Below the pieces are notes generated by a model. That model did not search any database. It was not told the origin of the DNA and saw nothing but the letters and a program-made list of their open reading frames with translations. A DNA stretch of 56,379 bases from an uncultured Planctomycetales bacterium (GTDB lineage Bacteria > Omnitrophota > Gorgyraeia > Zapsychrales > GWA2-47-8), in the NCBI GenBank assembly GCA_964359575.1, contig CAYHTV010000002.1:1-56379 (forward strand), written 5' to 3'. Both the position numbers and the translations under genes were made by a program. Numbering within the stretch: position 1 is the stretch's first letter; each line of letters begins with the position of its first letter. Below, piece by piece: positions 18,018-26,441 of the stretch.

Positions 18018-18566
18018 ATGAACTTTGAAAAAATATTTCCATTTTTGTTAGAAAATTTTAGAAAGCATGAAATTCGCTATGCCCTGATGGGGGGCTTTGC
18101 TCTGCACGCGGCAGGGTACACCCGCGCCACGCAAGATATTGATATTTTAATCCTTAAAGAGGATATGCCCAAAATTAAGCAACTGCTTTTAAGTCTTGGC
18201 TATGAACTGATCCATGAAAGCAGAGAGGTATCGAACTTTAAAGGGATTCTTAAAGAACTAGGCCAAATCGACTTTTTGCATGCCCATCGTCAATATACGA
18301 AGAATATGTTGAAACGGGCGCAAGAATGTGCCATACTCAACAACACATTTAAGATAAAAGTCCTTATTCCCGAAGATATCATCGGCCTTAAAATCCAGGC
18401 GAGTTCCAATGATCCAAGCCGTCACACCCGGGATTTGGCAGATATTGAGAAACTCATCACATTAAACAAAGACCGGTTGGACATCAAACTTTTAAAAGAA
18501 TATTTTTCACTTTTTGGCCGCGAAAAAGAGCTGGACGATCTATTGGAGAGAACCAGAAATGCTTAG
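18018..18566 (+). CDS. nucleotidyltransferase-fold protein of unknown function
   Basis: 182-aa ORF with the pattern YALMGGFALHAAGYTRATQDIDILI (G-G...D-x-D, minimal NTase-like). Confidence 0.55.
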   Translation: MNFEKIFPFLLENFRKHEIRYALMGGFALHAAGYTRATQDIDILILKEDMPKIKQLLLSLGYELIHESREVSNFKGILKELGQIDFLHAHRQYTKNMLKRAQECAILNNTFKIKVLIPEDIIGLKIQASSNDPSRHTRDLADIEKLITLNKDRLDIKLLKEYFSLFGREKELDDLLERTRNA

Positions 18567-18759
18567 CACAAAAGAAAAATACGAAATACTCAAAGATGCC
18601 CGATGCCCCAAACGGAAAGCCGCTTTTCGCAAAACTGCAATTCTCGATGCGAACCCCTCGATTGATGCCTACCTGAAATTTTTAACAAGCGTCCACATGG
18701 TGTTTTCGCAGGTTCAAAACCCTAAACCAAAATCGTTTGGAACGAATTTTAAGTTATAA
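18559..18759 (+). CDS. small hypothetical protein overlapping the NTase stop by 8 nt
   Basis: The ATG at 18559 lies within ATGCTTAG (an 8-nt overlap with the upstream stop). The product is 66 aa and basic (MLSTKEKYEILKDARCPKRKAAFRK...). No recognisable family. Confidence 0.35.
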   Translation: MLSTKEKYEILKDARCPKRKAAFRKTAILDANPSIDAYLKFLTSVHMVFSQVQNPKPKSFGTNFKL

Positions 18760-18856
18760 ATGATGGCATGAATCGTGAAGTGCTGCCGGACGAACCAAAA
18801 AAGGGAGTCCTTTTTTATAGCATTCTTTCCGCTACCCGAAAAACATCCTCTTATCT

Positions 18857-19531
18857 ATGAAATTCGATTTTGAACCTCTCTTATTAACATTTAAATTGGC
18901 GTCTGTCACAACGCTTTTTCTGATTTTGCTTGGAGTTCCTCTGGCGTATTGGCTCGCCTTTAGCCGCACAAAATTAAAATATTTTATCGAACCCTTAGTC
19001 AGCATGCCTCTGGTTCTCCCACCCACGGTACTGGGATTTTATCTGCTTTTGGTGTTTAGCCCCAAATCATTTTTGGGGAATTTTTTCGATTCAGTTTTAC
19101 ATATTCGGGTTGTTTTTAGTTTTCTAGGTTTAGTGATTGGCTCTGTTGTGTTTAGTCTGCCTTTTATGGTTAACCCTGTTAAATCGAGCCTGCAGTCATT
19201 TCCGCAATCACTTATGGAAGCGTCGTATACATTAGGCAAATCAAGGACGGAAACTTTCTTTAAGGTCATCCTGCCCAATATTAGGCCGGCACTTTTATCA
19301 GGGATTGTTATGGCCTTTGCCCACACGATCGGTGAATTTGGGGTAGTTTTAATGATCGGCGGGAATATCCCGGAGGTAACACGAGTCGCTTCGATTGCCA
19401 TTTTCGATGAGGTGGAAGCGTTAAATTATACAGCGGCTCATACGTATTCGGCCATTCTCTTTTTCATTTCCTTTATTATTTTATTTTCTCTGAATCTGGC
19501 TGATAAAAAAGGGCGCAAGGCTTTGGGATGA
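18857..19531 (+). CDS. modB: molybdate ABC transporter permease
   Basis: 224-aa ORF with an ABC permease EAA-like loop (EASYTLGKSRTETFFKVILPNIRPAL). It lies in a mod operon context. Confidence 0.88.
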   Translation: MKFDFEPLLLTFKLASVTTLFLILLGVPLAYWLAFSRTKLKYFIEPLVSMPLVLPPTVLGFYLLLVFSPKSFLGNFFDSVLHIRVVFSFLGLVIGSVVFSLPFMVNPVKSSLQSFPQSLMEASYTLGKSRTETFFKVILPNIRPALLSGIVMAFAHTIGEFGVVLMIGGNIPEVTRVASIAIFDEVEALNYTAAHTYSAILFFISFIILFSLNLADKKGRKALG

Positions 19532-19534
19532 TTT

Positions 19535-20407
19535 ATGATTAAGGTGAATCTAGAGAAAAATCTCGCCACCAGCCAAGGGAAAATCACCCTGCGGGTTGAT
19601 TTTGAATTGTCGGATACAGAGTTAATATCCCTGGCGGGGCCGTCAGGGGCAGGAAAAACATCTATCCTCAAAATGATCGCCGGTCTTATGGATCCTGACC
19701 GCGGATTCATTCAAGTTGATCAGGAAATATGGTTTGACAGCCAGAAAGGCATCAATCTACCCACGCGGCAAAGACGCATTGGTTTTGTCTTTCAGGAATA
19801 TAACCTGTTTCCCAACATGACGGTATGGGAAAATTTACGTTATGCCCTCGCGGATAAACGCGATACGGACCGCATCAATGAACTTTTGGAGCTGCTGCAT
19901 TTAACGGCGCTTAAGAATTTTAAACCAGCGACCCTTTCGGGCGGAGAAAAACAACGCGTGGCCCTCATCCGCGCCTTGCTAAGAAAGCCTAAAATTTTTC
20001 TTTTGGATGAACCGTTATCCGCCCTGGATTTATCCTTGCGCTTAAAACTGCAAGATGAAATTCTGGGCATGCATAAACGTTTTAGGATCCCAACGGTTTT
20101 TGTCACTCACGACCTCAGTGAAATTTTTAAACTGGCGCATAAAGTCTTTTTTCTTCAAGATGGAAAAATCATCCGTTCGGGAATACCGAGTGAAGTCTTT
20201 GCCAAAAATTCCGTGAGCGGGAAATTCAAATTTATCGGTACCATTGTTCAATTGGATCAAGAGGATTTCCTCTATATCGTAACCGTGCAAATCGGCGAAA
20301 ATCTCACCAAAGTCGTAGCGACCCAAGAAGAGGCAAAGCATTTTCATATTGGCGATCGGGTCTTAGTGGCGGTGAAGGCCTTTAATCCGCTGATTATGAA
20401 ATTATAA
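19535..20407 (+). CDS. modC: molybdate ABC transporter ATP-binding protein with C-terminal TOBE-like domain
   Basis: Walker A GPSGAGKTS, signature LSGGEKQR and Walker B FLLDEP. The C-terminal extension is typical of ModC. Confidence 0.85.
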   Translation: MIKVNLEKNLATSQGKITLRVDFELSDTELISLAGPSGAGKTSILKMIAGLMDPDRGFIQVDQEIWFDSQKGINLPTRQRRIGFVFQEYNLFPNMTVWENLRYALADKRDTDRINELLELLHLTALKNFKPATLSGGEKQRVALIRALLRKPKIFLLDEPLSALDLSLRLKLQDEILGMHKRFRIPTVFVTHDLSEIFKLAHKVFFLQDGKIIRSGIPSEVFAKNSVSGKFKFIGTIVQLDQEDFLYIVTVQIGENLTKVVATQEEAKHFHIGDRVLVAVKAFNPLIMKL

Positions 20408-20459
20408 CATTTCAGAATAAACTGGTATTTTTGATCTGACGAAAAAGGCGGAAATAAAA

Positions 20460-21212
20460 ATGAGCCGAAGCATATTGGCATTAGTTATCATTCTTACTCT
20501 GCCGGCTGCGTCTTTTGCCGCGAAATTAACGGTTGCAGTGGCAGCCAACGTGCAGTCTGCGTTTGCGGAATTAAAATCTGTTTTCGAATCCGATACCGGA
20601 ATCCAAATCAAAGGAATTATCGGCTCTTCCGGTAAACTGACGGCGCAAATTGAAAATGGCGCGCCATTTGATGTTTTTTTATCCGCCGACACCGACTATC
20701 CCCAAACGCTTTATAAAAAGGGCCTCACGTATAACGCACCCCGGATTTATGGATATGGGACGCTTATACTCTGGACCCTGGAAAATCTGGATCTTTCCCA
20801 GGGAATGCAAATTCTGACCGCGCCCTCCATCCAAAAAATTGCCGTTCCAATGCCCAAGACATCGCCCTATGGCCGGCAAGCCATTAGCGCCCTTAAGCAC
20901 TACCAGCTTTACGCGCCAGTCAGCCCGAAGCTGGTATATGGTGAAAGCATCGCCCAAACCAATCAATTTATTACATCGCGCGCTGGCGACATTGGATTCA
21001 CGGCCAAATCTGTTGTCATGTCTCCAAACACAAAAAATCAAGGCACGTGGATAGAAATAGAAAAAGACGCCTACGAACCGCTTGCCCAGGCCGTTGTGAT
21101 TCTCAAACATGCGAAAATTCATAATCAGTCTTGCGCTCAAGAATTTTATGATTTCTTATTCTCAAAAAAAGCACAGGATATTTTTTACAAGCACGGCTAC
21201 ACTTTGCCATAG
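20460..21212 (+). CDS. modA: molybdate-binding periplasmic protein
   Basis: 250-aa ORF with a signal peptide and ModA pattern (LTVAVAANVQSAF, GSSGKLTAQIENGAPFDVFLSAD, PYGRQA). Confidence 0.88.
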   Translation: MSRSILALVIILTLPAASFAAKLTVAVAANVQSAFAELKSVFESDTGIQIKGIIGSSGKLTAQIENGAPFDVFLSADTDYPQTLYKKGLTYNAPRIYGYGTLILWTLENLDLSQGMQILTAPSIQKIAVPMPKTSPYGRQAISALKHYQLYAPVSPKLVYGESIAQTNQFITSRAGDIGFTAKSVVMSPNTKNQGTWIEIEKDAYEPLAQAVVILKHAKIHNQSCAQEFYDFLFSKKAQDIFYKHGYTLP

Positions 21213-21227
21213 AAATCGAGAACATTC

Positions 21228-21647
21228 ATGAATATTCTAAAAGGCACAATTAGTGACATCCAGTCTTCGGATATGATTTCCTTGGTAAATATCGATGTGG
21301 AGGGTGATGTGTTTAGCTCAATTATCTTAGAAGGGAAGAAAGGGCGCATCAGTTATGCCCGCTGTGATATAGTGAATATTATTTTCAAGGAAACCGAAGT
21401 TGGGATCGCCAAAGGCCTTACTGGCCAACTGAGCTTTCAAAACCGCTTTAACGCTGTTATCAAGCGGGTTGACAAGGGAACGATATTGAGCGAAGTCGTT
21501 CTCAGTTACAAAGACAAAATCATCGAATCGATCATTTCGACCAAATCCGCCACTGATATGAATCTTAAAGAAAACGATCCCATTGTGTGGCTGGTAAAAA
21601 TCAATGAAGTTTCTCTGATGCCTATTTCAAAATGTTCCTGCGAATAA
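21228..21647 (+). CDS. di-TOBE molybdate-binding (Mop/ModE C-terminal-like) protein
   Basis: 139-aa ORF with two TOBE-like halves (NILKGTISDIQSS..., QNRFNAVIKRVDKG...) directly after modA. Confidence 0.7.
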   Translation: MNILKGTISDIQSSDMISLVNIDVEGDVFSSIILEGKKGRISYARCDIVNIIFKETEVGIAKGLTGQLSFQNRFNAVIKRVDKGTILSEVVLSYKDKIIESIISTKSATDMNLKENDPIVWLVKINEVSLMPISKCSCE

Positions 21648-21662
21648 TGTCATTCTTCCCGA

Positions 21663-21691
21663 TTGACCTTTTGGTTCTACAAAGGTCAATA
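21663..21691. repeat. solo terminal fragment of the 99-nt repeat, folded as a perfect 10-bp hairpin
   Basis: CTTTTGGTTCTACAAAGGTCAATA equals the terminal 23 nt plus TA of the canonical element. The preceding ATTGACC gives a stem ATTGACCTTT/AAAGGTCAAT. It lies between convergent mop and moeB and contains the moeB stop codon. Confidence 0.8.
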
Positions 21692-22837
21692 ATAGCGTGG
21701 AATAGTAGAATCAATTTCCTCCGACCAAGCTTGAATGCCTCCCTTAACATTGACAAGATAAGTATATCCTTGAGATTCCAAAAATTTGATGGCTCTTGCG
21801 CTGCGCCCGCCAAATTTACAGAAACAATAAATGAATTTGTCTTTCGGAATATCCTTAAAATCTCCTTCTAACATACTTAATGGCTTATGGTGAGCGCCTT
21901 CGATACGGGCGATATCCCATTCGGCTTGTTCGCGCACATCAAGCAGGTAGATGTCCGGTTGTTGATCGCGTAATTGTTTTAATTCCCGCACGGTAATTTC
22001 TCCAATAGACTGGTCCGTCCTTTGTGATTCTGTTGAACAATGCCACGTGTATTCTTCTAATGTATGAATAGTTGGTTTTGTCCCGCAGAGAGGACACTCT
22101 GGATCTTTCTTGATTTTAATCTCACGCCAACGCACGGATAGCGCATCAAAGATAAGAAGACGTCCTAACAACGGTTCTCCGATCCCGCAGATCCATTTGA
22201 TGGCTTCATTAGCCTGCATCAACCCGATGATCCCGGGCACAACACCAATGACACCCCCCTCTGCGCAAGACGGCATCTCTCCTGGCGGCGGAAGTTCGCG
22301 GAAGATACATCTATAGCAAGGGCCGCCTAAGCCAAAGATACTGCATTGACCTTCAAACTGATACACACCGCCAAAGATAAATGGTTTGTTCAAAAAGAAA
22401 CAAGTATCATTAATCAAATACCGCGATGGCAAGTTGTCCGTTCCATCGATAACCAAGTCATAGTCGGCAGAAATGACTTTGGCATTACCGGCATTGAGCC
22501 TTTTCTGGTATGTGACGATATTGACTTCGGGATTGATTTGTCTGAGTTTTTCATAGGCCGAAACAACCTTAGGTTTATCGATATCGGAAGTATAGTGAAG
22601 AATCTGCCGATGAAGATTGGATAAGGAAACCATATCCGGATCAACAAGACCAATTGTCCCGATACCGGCGGCCGCTAAATAAATAGCCGGTGATGAGCCC
22701 AACCCCCCCGCCCCGACCATTAGGATGCGGGCGTTTTTAAGCTGCATTTGGCCTGCTTGTCCTATCATCGGCAAAATTGTCTGACGGGCATAACGTATTT
22801 TTTCGTCTTGAGAAAAATTATAGATCGTCTTATCCAT
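21686..22837 (-). CDS. moeB: molybdopterin-synthase adenylyltransferase/sulfurtransferase (MoeB/ThiF with C-terminal rhodanese, MoeZ-type)
   Basis: 383-aa ORF with RYARQTILP, GAGGLGS, a CxxC pair (CYRC, CPLC) and a C-terminal rhodanese (CKFGGRSARA). Confidence 0.88.
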   Translation of the reverse strand: MDKTIYNFSQDEKIRYARQTILPMIGQAGQMQLKNARILMVGAGGLGSSPAIYLAAAGIGTIGLVDPDMVSLSNLHRQILHYTSDIDKPKVVSAYEKLRQINPEVNIVTYQKRLNAGNAKVISADYDLVIDGTDNLPSRYLINDTCFFLNKPFIFGGVYQFEGQCSIFGLGGPCYRCIFRELPPPGEMPSCAEGGVIGVVPGIIGLMQANEAIKWICGIGEPLLGRLLIFDALSVRWREIKIKKDPECPLCGTKPTIHTLEEYTWHCSTESQRTDQSIGEITVRELKQLRDQQPDIYLLDVREQAEWDIARIEGAHHKPLSMLEGDFKDIPKDKFIYCFCKFGGRSARAIKFLESQGYTYLVNVKGGIQAWSEEIDSTIPRYY

Positions 22838-22890
22838 GACAGAATCTATTTTAGTTATAAAATAAAAAAATTAATAGTGAAATCATTAAA

Positions 22891-22914
22891 GGTTAAAAGG
22901 TTAAAAGGTTAAAA
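22891..22914. repeat. tandem repeat GGTTAAAA x3
   Basis: Three exact 8-nt units lie about 55 nt upstream of the moeB start. Confidence 0.8.
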
Positions 22915-23296
22915 GACGTTCAAATAAGTTAAACAAATTCACTATAGATATACAGGGCTAAGCTTGTATAATTCTCTTACTTTAAAAGTGTGCAACTGTT
23001 AAACATCAAATGAAACTATAACGCCGTCGCAAGTCGAACGACTCCCTAACCCCAACCAGCACAGGGGAAAAGGCAAAGTCGTATATATTGAAACCCGTGG
23101 CTGGCCATTGGCCACAATATAGACGCATGATGGAGGAGCTCATTGAGGCCGTTGCCGGGCCTTGAGTGGCGTAATAATCTTGCCATTTCAGATCTAAGAA
23201 TATAATTGCTCTTGAAGCGATTAGGTGCTATTATTGCTTCATATTATGAAGCGATTAGAGTGCTTAATCGCTTCACTTTTTAGGGAGAAACCACAC

Positions 23297-24424
23297 ATGA
23301 AATATATATGGCAACATCCTTCTTGGCCGCATTTTACTTGGGACAGTAAAGCTCTTTTATCTCCTTTGGGGCAAGCAAGACTTGCTCAAGGAGACTTGCT
23401 AGGCCGTGTTAAACGATTAGGATTCAAACTTGAAGAAGAGGCGCAAGCTAATATTTTAACGGAAGAAGTTATCAAGACTTCTGAGATTGAAGGAGAGCTG
23501 CTCAATTTACAAATGGTGCGATCTTCTGTGGCACGGCATTTAGGGCTTCCTACAGCAGGTTTAGGGCGATCCTCTCGATCTGTTGATGGTATTGTGGAAA
23601 TCGTTTTAGATGCGACACAAAATTTTGATAAAGCCTTTAATAAACAGCGATTACTGGGATGGCATGGGGCCCTTTTCCCAACAGGTTACTCAGGGCTTCA
23701 TAAGATTCGTGTGGCTCAATGGCGGGGTGAAGATCCTATGCGTGTTGTTTCAGGGCCCATGGGTCGTGAGCGGATTCATTTTGAAGCACCTCCTGGAGAA
23801 GCTGTTGAAGCCGAAATGCGCCAATTTTTTCAATGGTGGAAGGAAAGTTATTCGAACATTGATGGCCTGTTACGGGCTGGTATCGCACATTTTTATTTTT
23901 TGACGATTCATCCGTTTGAAGATGGTAATGGCCGTATTGCGCGCAGTCTGACGGATATGGCTTTAGCTCAAGATGAAAAGCTTAAAATACGATATTACAG
24001 TTTTTCTTCGCAGATCATGGAAGAAAGGGAAGATTATTATAAGATTCTTGAACAATCTTCTAAGGCTAAAAATCCGAATTTGACAGACTGGCTTTGTTGG
24101 TTTTTGGGCTGTTATCAACGGGCTATTGGCAAATCTGATAAAATTATTGGCAAAGTATTACTAAAAGCGGATTTTTGGGCTCAGCATGCGCAGACGGAGC
24201 TTAATGAGCGTCAAAAGAAAGTACTTAACCGTTTGCTGGATGAAGGACAGGGCGAATTTGTCGGTGGGTTAACAACCCGTAAATATGTGGGATTGACAGG
24301 TACTAGCAGGGCAACCGCGTTTCGTGAGATATCAGATATGCTTGAGAAAAAATTATTGCGTCAATTGTCCGGTAAAGGGCGCAGTGTTCATTATGATATT
24401 TTATGGCCGGTAGAAGATAAATAA
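23297..24424 (+). CDS. Fic family protein, class II (N-terminal DUF4172-like region, intramolecular inhibitory helix, C-terminal wHTH-like tail)
   Basis: Fic motif HPFEDGNGRIAR. The inhibitory motif (S/T)xxxE(G/N) is present as TSEIEG upstream of the core. The start is chosen at MKYIWQHPSWPHFTWD, with AGGGAG 8 nt upstream. Confidence 0.88.
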   Translation: MKYIWQHPSWPHFTWDSKALLSPLGQARLAQGDLLGRVKRLGFKLEEEAQANILTEEVIKTSEIEGELLNLQMVRSSVARHLGLPTAGLGRSSRSVDGIVEIVLDATQNFDKAFNKQRLLGWHGALFPTGYSGLHKIRVAQWRGEDPMRVVSGPMGRERIHFEAPPGEAVEAEMRQFFQWWKESYSNIDGLLRAGIAHFYFLTIHPFEDGNGRIARSLTDMALAQDEKLKIRYYSFSSQIMEEREDYYKILEQSSKAKNPNLTDWLCWFLGCYQRAIGKSDKIIGKVLLKADFWAQHAQTELNERQKKVLNRLLDEGQGEFVGGLTTRKYVGLTGTSRATAFREISDMLEKKLLRQLSGKGRSVHYDILWPVEDK

Positions 24425-24433
24425 GCAGAGTCT

Positions 24434-24536
24434 TATGGGCCTTTGTACAACTAAAGAAAAAAATTTGGATTTATCATTGAGGAGACAAAGGCCAATATTG
24501 ACTACCTCAATTCTTTTGGTTCTACAAAGGTCAATA
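24434..24536 (-). repeat. 99-nt TIR repeat element, copy 3 (core 24436-24534)
   Basis: Identical to copy 1 in reverse orientation. It begins 10 nt after the fic stop and ends 2 nt before the next ATG (24539). Confidence 0.95.
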
Positions 24537-24538
24537 TA

Positions 24539-24976
24539 ATGAATTACTGGTGGACATCAGACTATCATTTTTCGCATCACAATATTATCCGTTATTGTGA
24601 TAGGCCTTTTGCAACGGTTGAAGAAATGAATGAAGCGATCATCCGCAAGCATAACGAAAGGGTCAAGCCTGAAGACACGGTCTTCTTTTTGGGCGATTTT
24701 ATTTTTAAAGGGGGGAAAGAAGGCGGCGGCGATAGATATCGGCAGTTTGAACAGAGACTAAACGGCAAGTTCATTTTTATCAAGGGCAATCATGACCGGA
24801 ACAACAGTCTCAATGCGATCATAACCAAGATGTATATCCATTATGGTGCTAAAGATATTTGCATGATTCATAAGCCAGAAGACGCTGATCTATCGGAACA
24901 TTCAGTCTTCCTTTGTTTGACTGGATCATTGTTGGATCTTTGTCTATTACGATTGTGCCGGTTTTGGAAATTATGA
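24539..24976 (+). CDS. calcineurin-like metallophosphoesterase, probably C-terminally truncated
   Basis: The N-terminal motifs SDYHFSH, GDFIFKG and GNHD are present, but the distal GHxH motif is absent and the C-terminal 30 aa look unrelated. Confidence 0.55.
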   Translation: MNYWWTSDYHFSHHNIIRYCDRPFATVEEMNEAIIRKHNERVKPEDTVFFLGDFIFKGGKEGGGDRYRQFEQRLNGKFIFIKGNHDRNNSLNAIITKMYIHYGAKDICMIHKPEDADLSEHSVFLCLTGSLLDLCLLRLCRFWKL

Positions 24977-25022
24977 AATGGATGATTAGGCGTGGTTGGC
25001 TTGAAAAAGAAGGAGTTGTGAA

Positions 25023-25316
25023 ATGAGGATTGTCCGACGTTGGATGATTATTATTTCCGGAGTGTTTCTCACAATGATAGGCTTGATTTTAATGCCTGTG
25101 CCGGGGCCGGGTGGACTTCCTGTAACGATGGCGGGTCTGGCGATTTTGGCCACGGAGCTGCCGTGGGCAAAAGGGGTCATGGAAAGGCTAAAGAAGCGTG
25201 TGGAATTTTTGAGAATCGGGAAGAGAAACCGGTGGGTACATATAGGAATTATCGGGGGATTAATCGCTTTTTATTTGACGGCAAGTATTGTTGTGGTTCG
25301 GATTTTCTTTCAGTAA
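25023..25316 (+). CDS. PGPGW-domain small membrane protein
   Basis: 97-aa ORF with two hydrophobic segments and the motif LMPVPGPGGLPVTMAGLAILATELPWA. Confidence 0.7.
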   Translation: MRIVRRWMIIISGVFLTMIGLILMPVPGPGGLPVTMAGLAILATELPWAKGVMERLKKRVEFLRIGKRNRWVHIGIIGGLIAFYLTASIVVVRIFFQ

Positions 25317-25397
25317 TGAATTGAAAGATTCAACAAAAGAGATCCCGGAAGCGTTTAAAAGTGTTGAAATGTAGGAAGAAAAAAAGGGGGTAAAAGA

Positions 25398-26441
25398 ATG
25401 GTTAATCCAGAATGGAGTGGTGGGGCATCTTCTGCTTTAGAGTCTTCAATAGAGGACATGCAGAAGATGTTCAAGACAGTGTTACGACCGTCAATGCTTT
25501 TAGTGGTTGGGGGCATTTGGTTGATTTTGTGGCTGGCATCGGGGCTTTATATGGTCGGCCCTGGGGAACAGGGCGTTGTGAGGCAGTTTGGAAAAATGCA
25601 CTCTCAAACCGGGCCGGGACTTCGTTATCATCTGCCGCAACCGATTCAAAGCCGCAACGTAGTGAATGTGGCAGGGGTACGGAGAGCCGAGATAGGATTT
25701 CGCAGCACTGATGGACAAACCAGAGTCATTGACGAGGAATCTCTCATGCTCACGGGTGACGAGAATATCGTCGCGGGACAACTCTTCGTGCAGTACGTTA
25801 TAAAGGACCCTTCCGTATTTCTTTTTCGCGCTCGGGATCCGGAACAAATGCTTACGACGGCCGCGGAGGTCGCCTTGCGTAACGTAGTTGGGCGCAATAC
25901 GATTGATTTCACGATGACGGATGGCCGTTTTCAAGTGCAAGAGCAGACCAAGGAGCAGCTCCAGCGCCTCTTGGATGATTACCAAACAGGACTTTTGGCA
26001 ACGGAGGTAAGACTTCTTGTTGTGGACCCGCCTTTGGATGTGAAAGACGCGTTCCATGATGTGGTGCGCGCCTGGGAAGACCGTGAAAGACTCATACAAG
26101 AAGCGCGGGGGTTTGCCGAGGACGTTCTGCCCAGAAGCCGCGGGGAAGCCGCGGAGGTTGTGCGAAAAGCAGAAGGCTACAAAGAACAGCGAATTATCCG
26201 CAGCCAAGGTGAAGCCAAAAGGTTTTTGGATGTGCGAGAGTCTTATGAAAAATCGCCGACAGTGACAAGAGAGAGGCTTTATCTTGAGATGATGGAGCGC
26301 ATTTTGCCCCACACGGAGAAAGTGATATTGCCATCGCAGGCCACAGGTTCTGTTTTACCGTGGCTTCCTCTTAGAAAAGCACAGGTTCCGCAGGAGATAC
26401 ACGCAACGACTATGCAGAAAATGAAAGAGGTGAAGCCGTGA
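25398..26441 (+). CDS. hflK: SPFH/band-7 protease modulator HflK
   Basis: 347-aa ORF with an N-terminal TM segment, then GLYMVGPGEQGVVRQFGK and an SPFH core. It is followed by hflC with a 4-nt overlap. Confidence 0.85.
   Translation: MVNPEWSGGASSALESSIEDMQKMFKTVLRPSMLLVVGGIWLILWLASGLYMVGPGEQGVVRQFGKMHSQTGPGLRYHLPQPIQSRNVVNVAGVRRAEIGFRSTDGQTRVIDEESLMLTGDENIVAGQLFVQYVIKDPSVFLFRARDPEQMLTTAAEVALRNVVGRNTIDFTMTDGRFQVQEQTKEQLQRLLDDYQTGLLATEVRLLVVDPPLDVKDAFHDVVRAWEDRERLIQEARGFAEDVLPRSRGEAAEVVRKAEGYKEQRIIRSQGEAKRFLDVRESYEKSPTVTRERLYLEMMERILPHTEKVILPSQATGSVLPWLPLRKAQVPQEIHATTMQKMKEVKP

Noticed and set aside
18760-18856. Possible molybdenum-cofactor riboswitch upstream of modB (the moaA upstream region 51784-51969 was also considered)
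   Set aside because: The modB leader is under 100 nt and holds only an A/T hairpin. The moaA upstream region is explained by a symmetric composite palindrome. I could not recognise the conserved Moco-motif junction sequences. An Rfam scan would settle it.
20679-21140. 153-aa ORF antisense to modA
   Set aside because: It is embedded in a confidently called modA, with no start context or motifs, so it is a frame artefact.
22990-23090. Possible tmRNA fragment (short frame ending ...TTP* and nearby hairpins)
   Set aside because: There is no tRNA-like 5' or 3' end, no Ala-type acceptor, and the putative tag does not end in the usual hydrophobic/Ala-Ala pattern. The tRNA-like fragment at 35.9 kb has an initiator-Met, not tmRNA, acceptor.
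25500-26312. 270-aa ORF antisense to hflK
   Set aside because: It lies entirely within and opposite to a well-supported SPFH gene. The sequence is low-complexity and Arg/Leu/His-rich, typical of an antisense frame in a GC-richer gene, and has no recognisable motifs.
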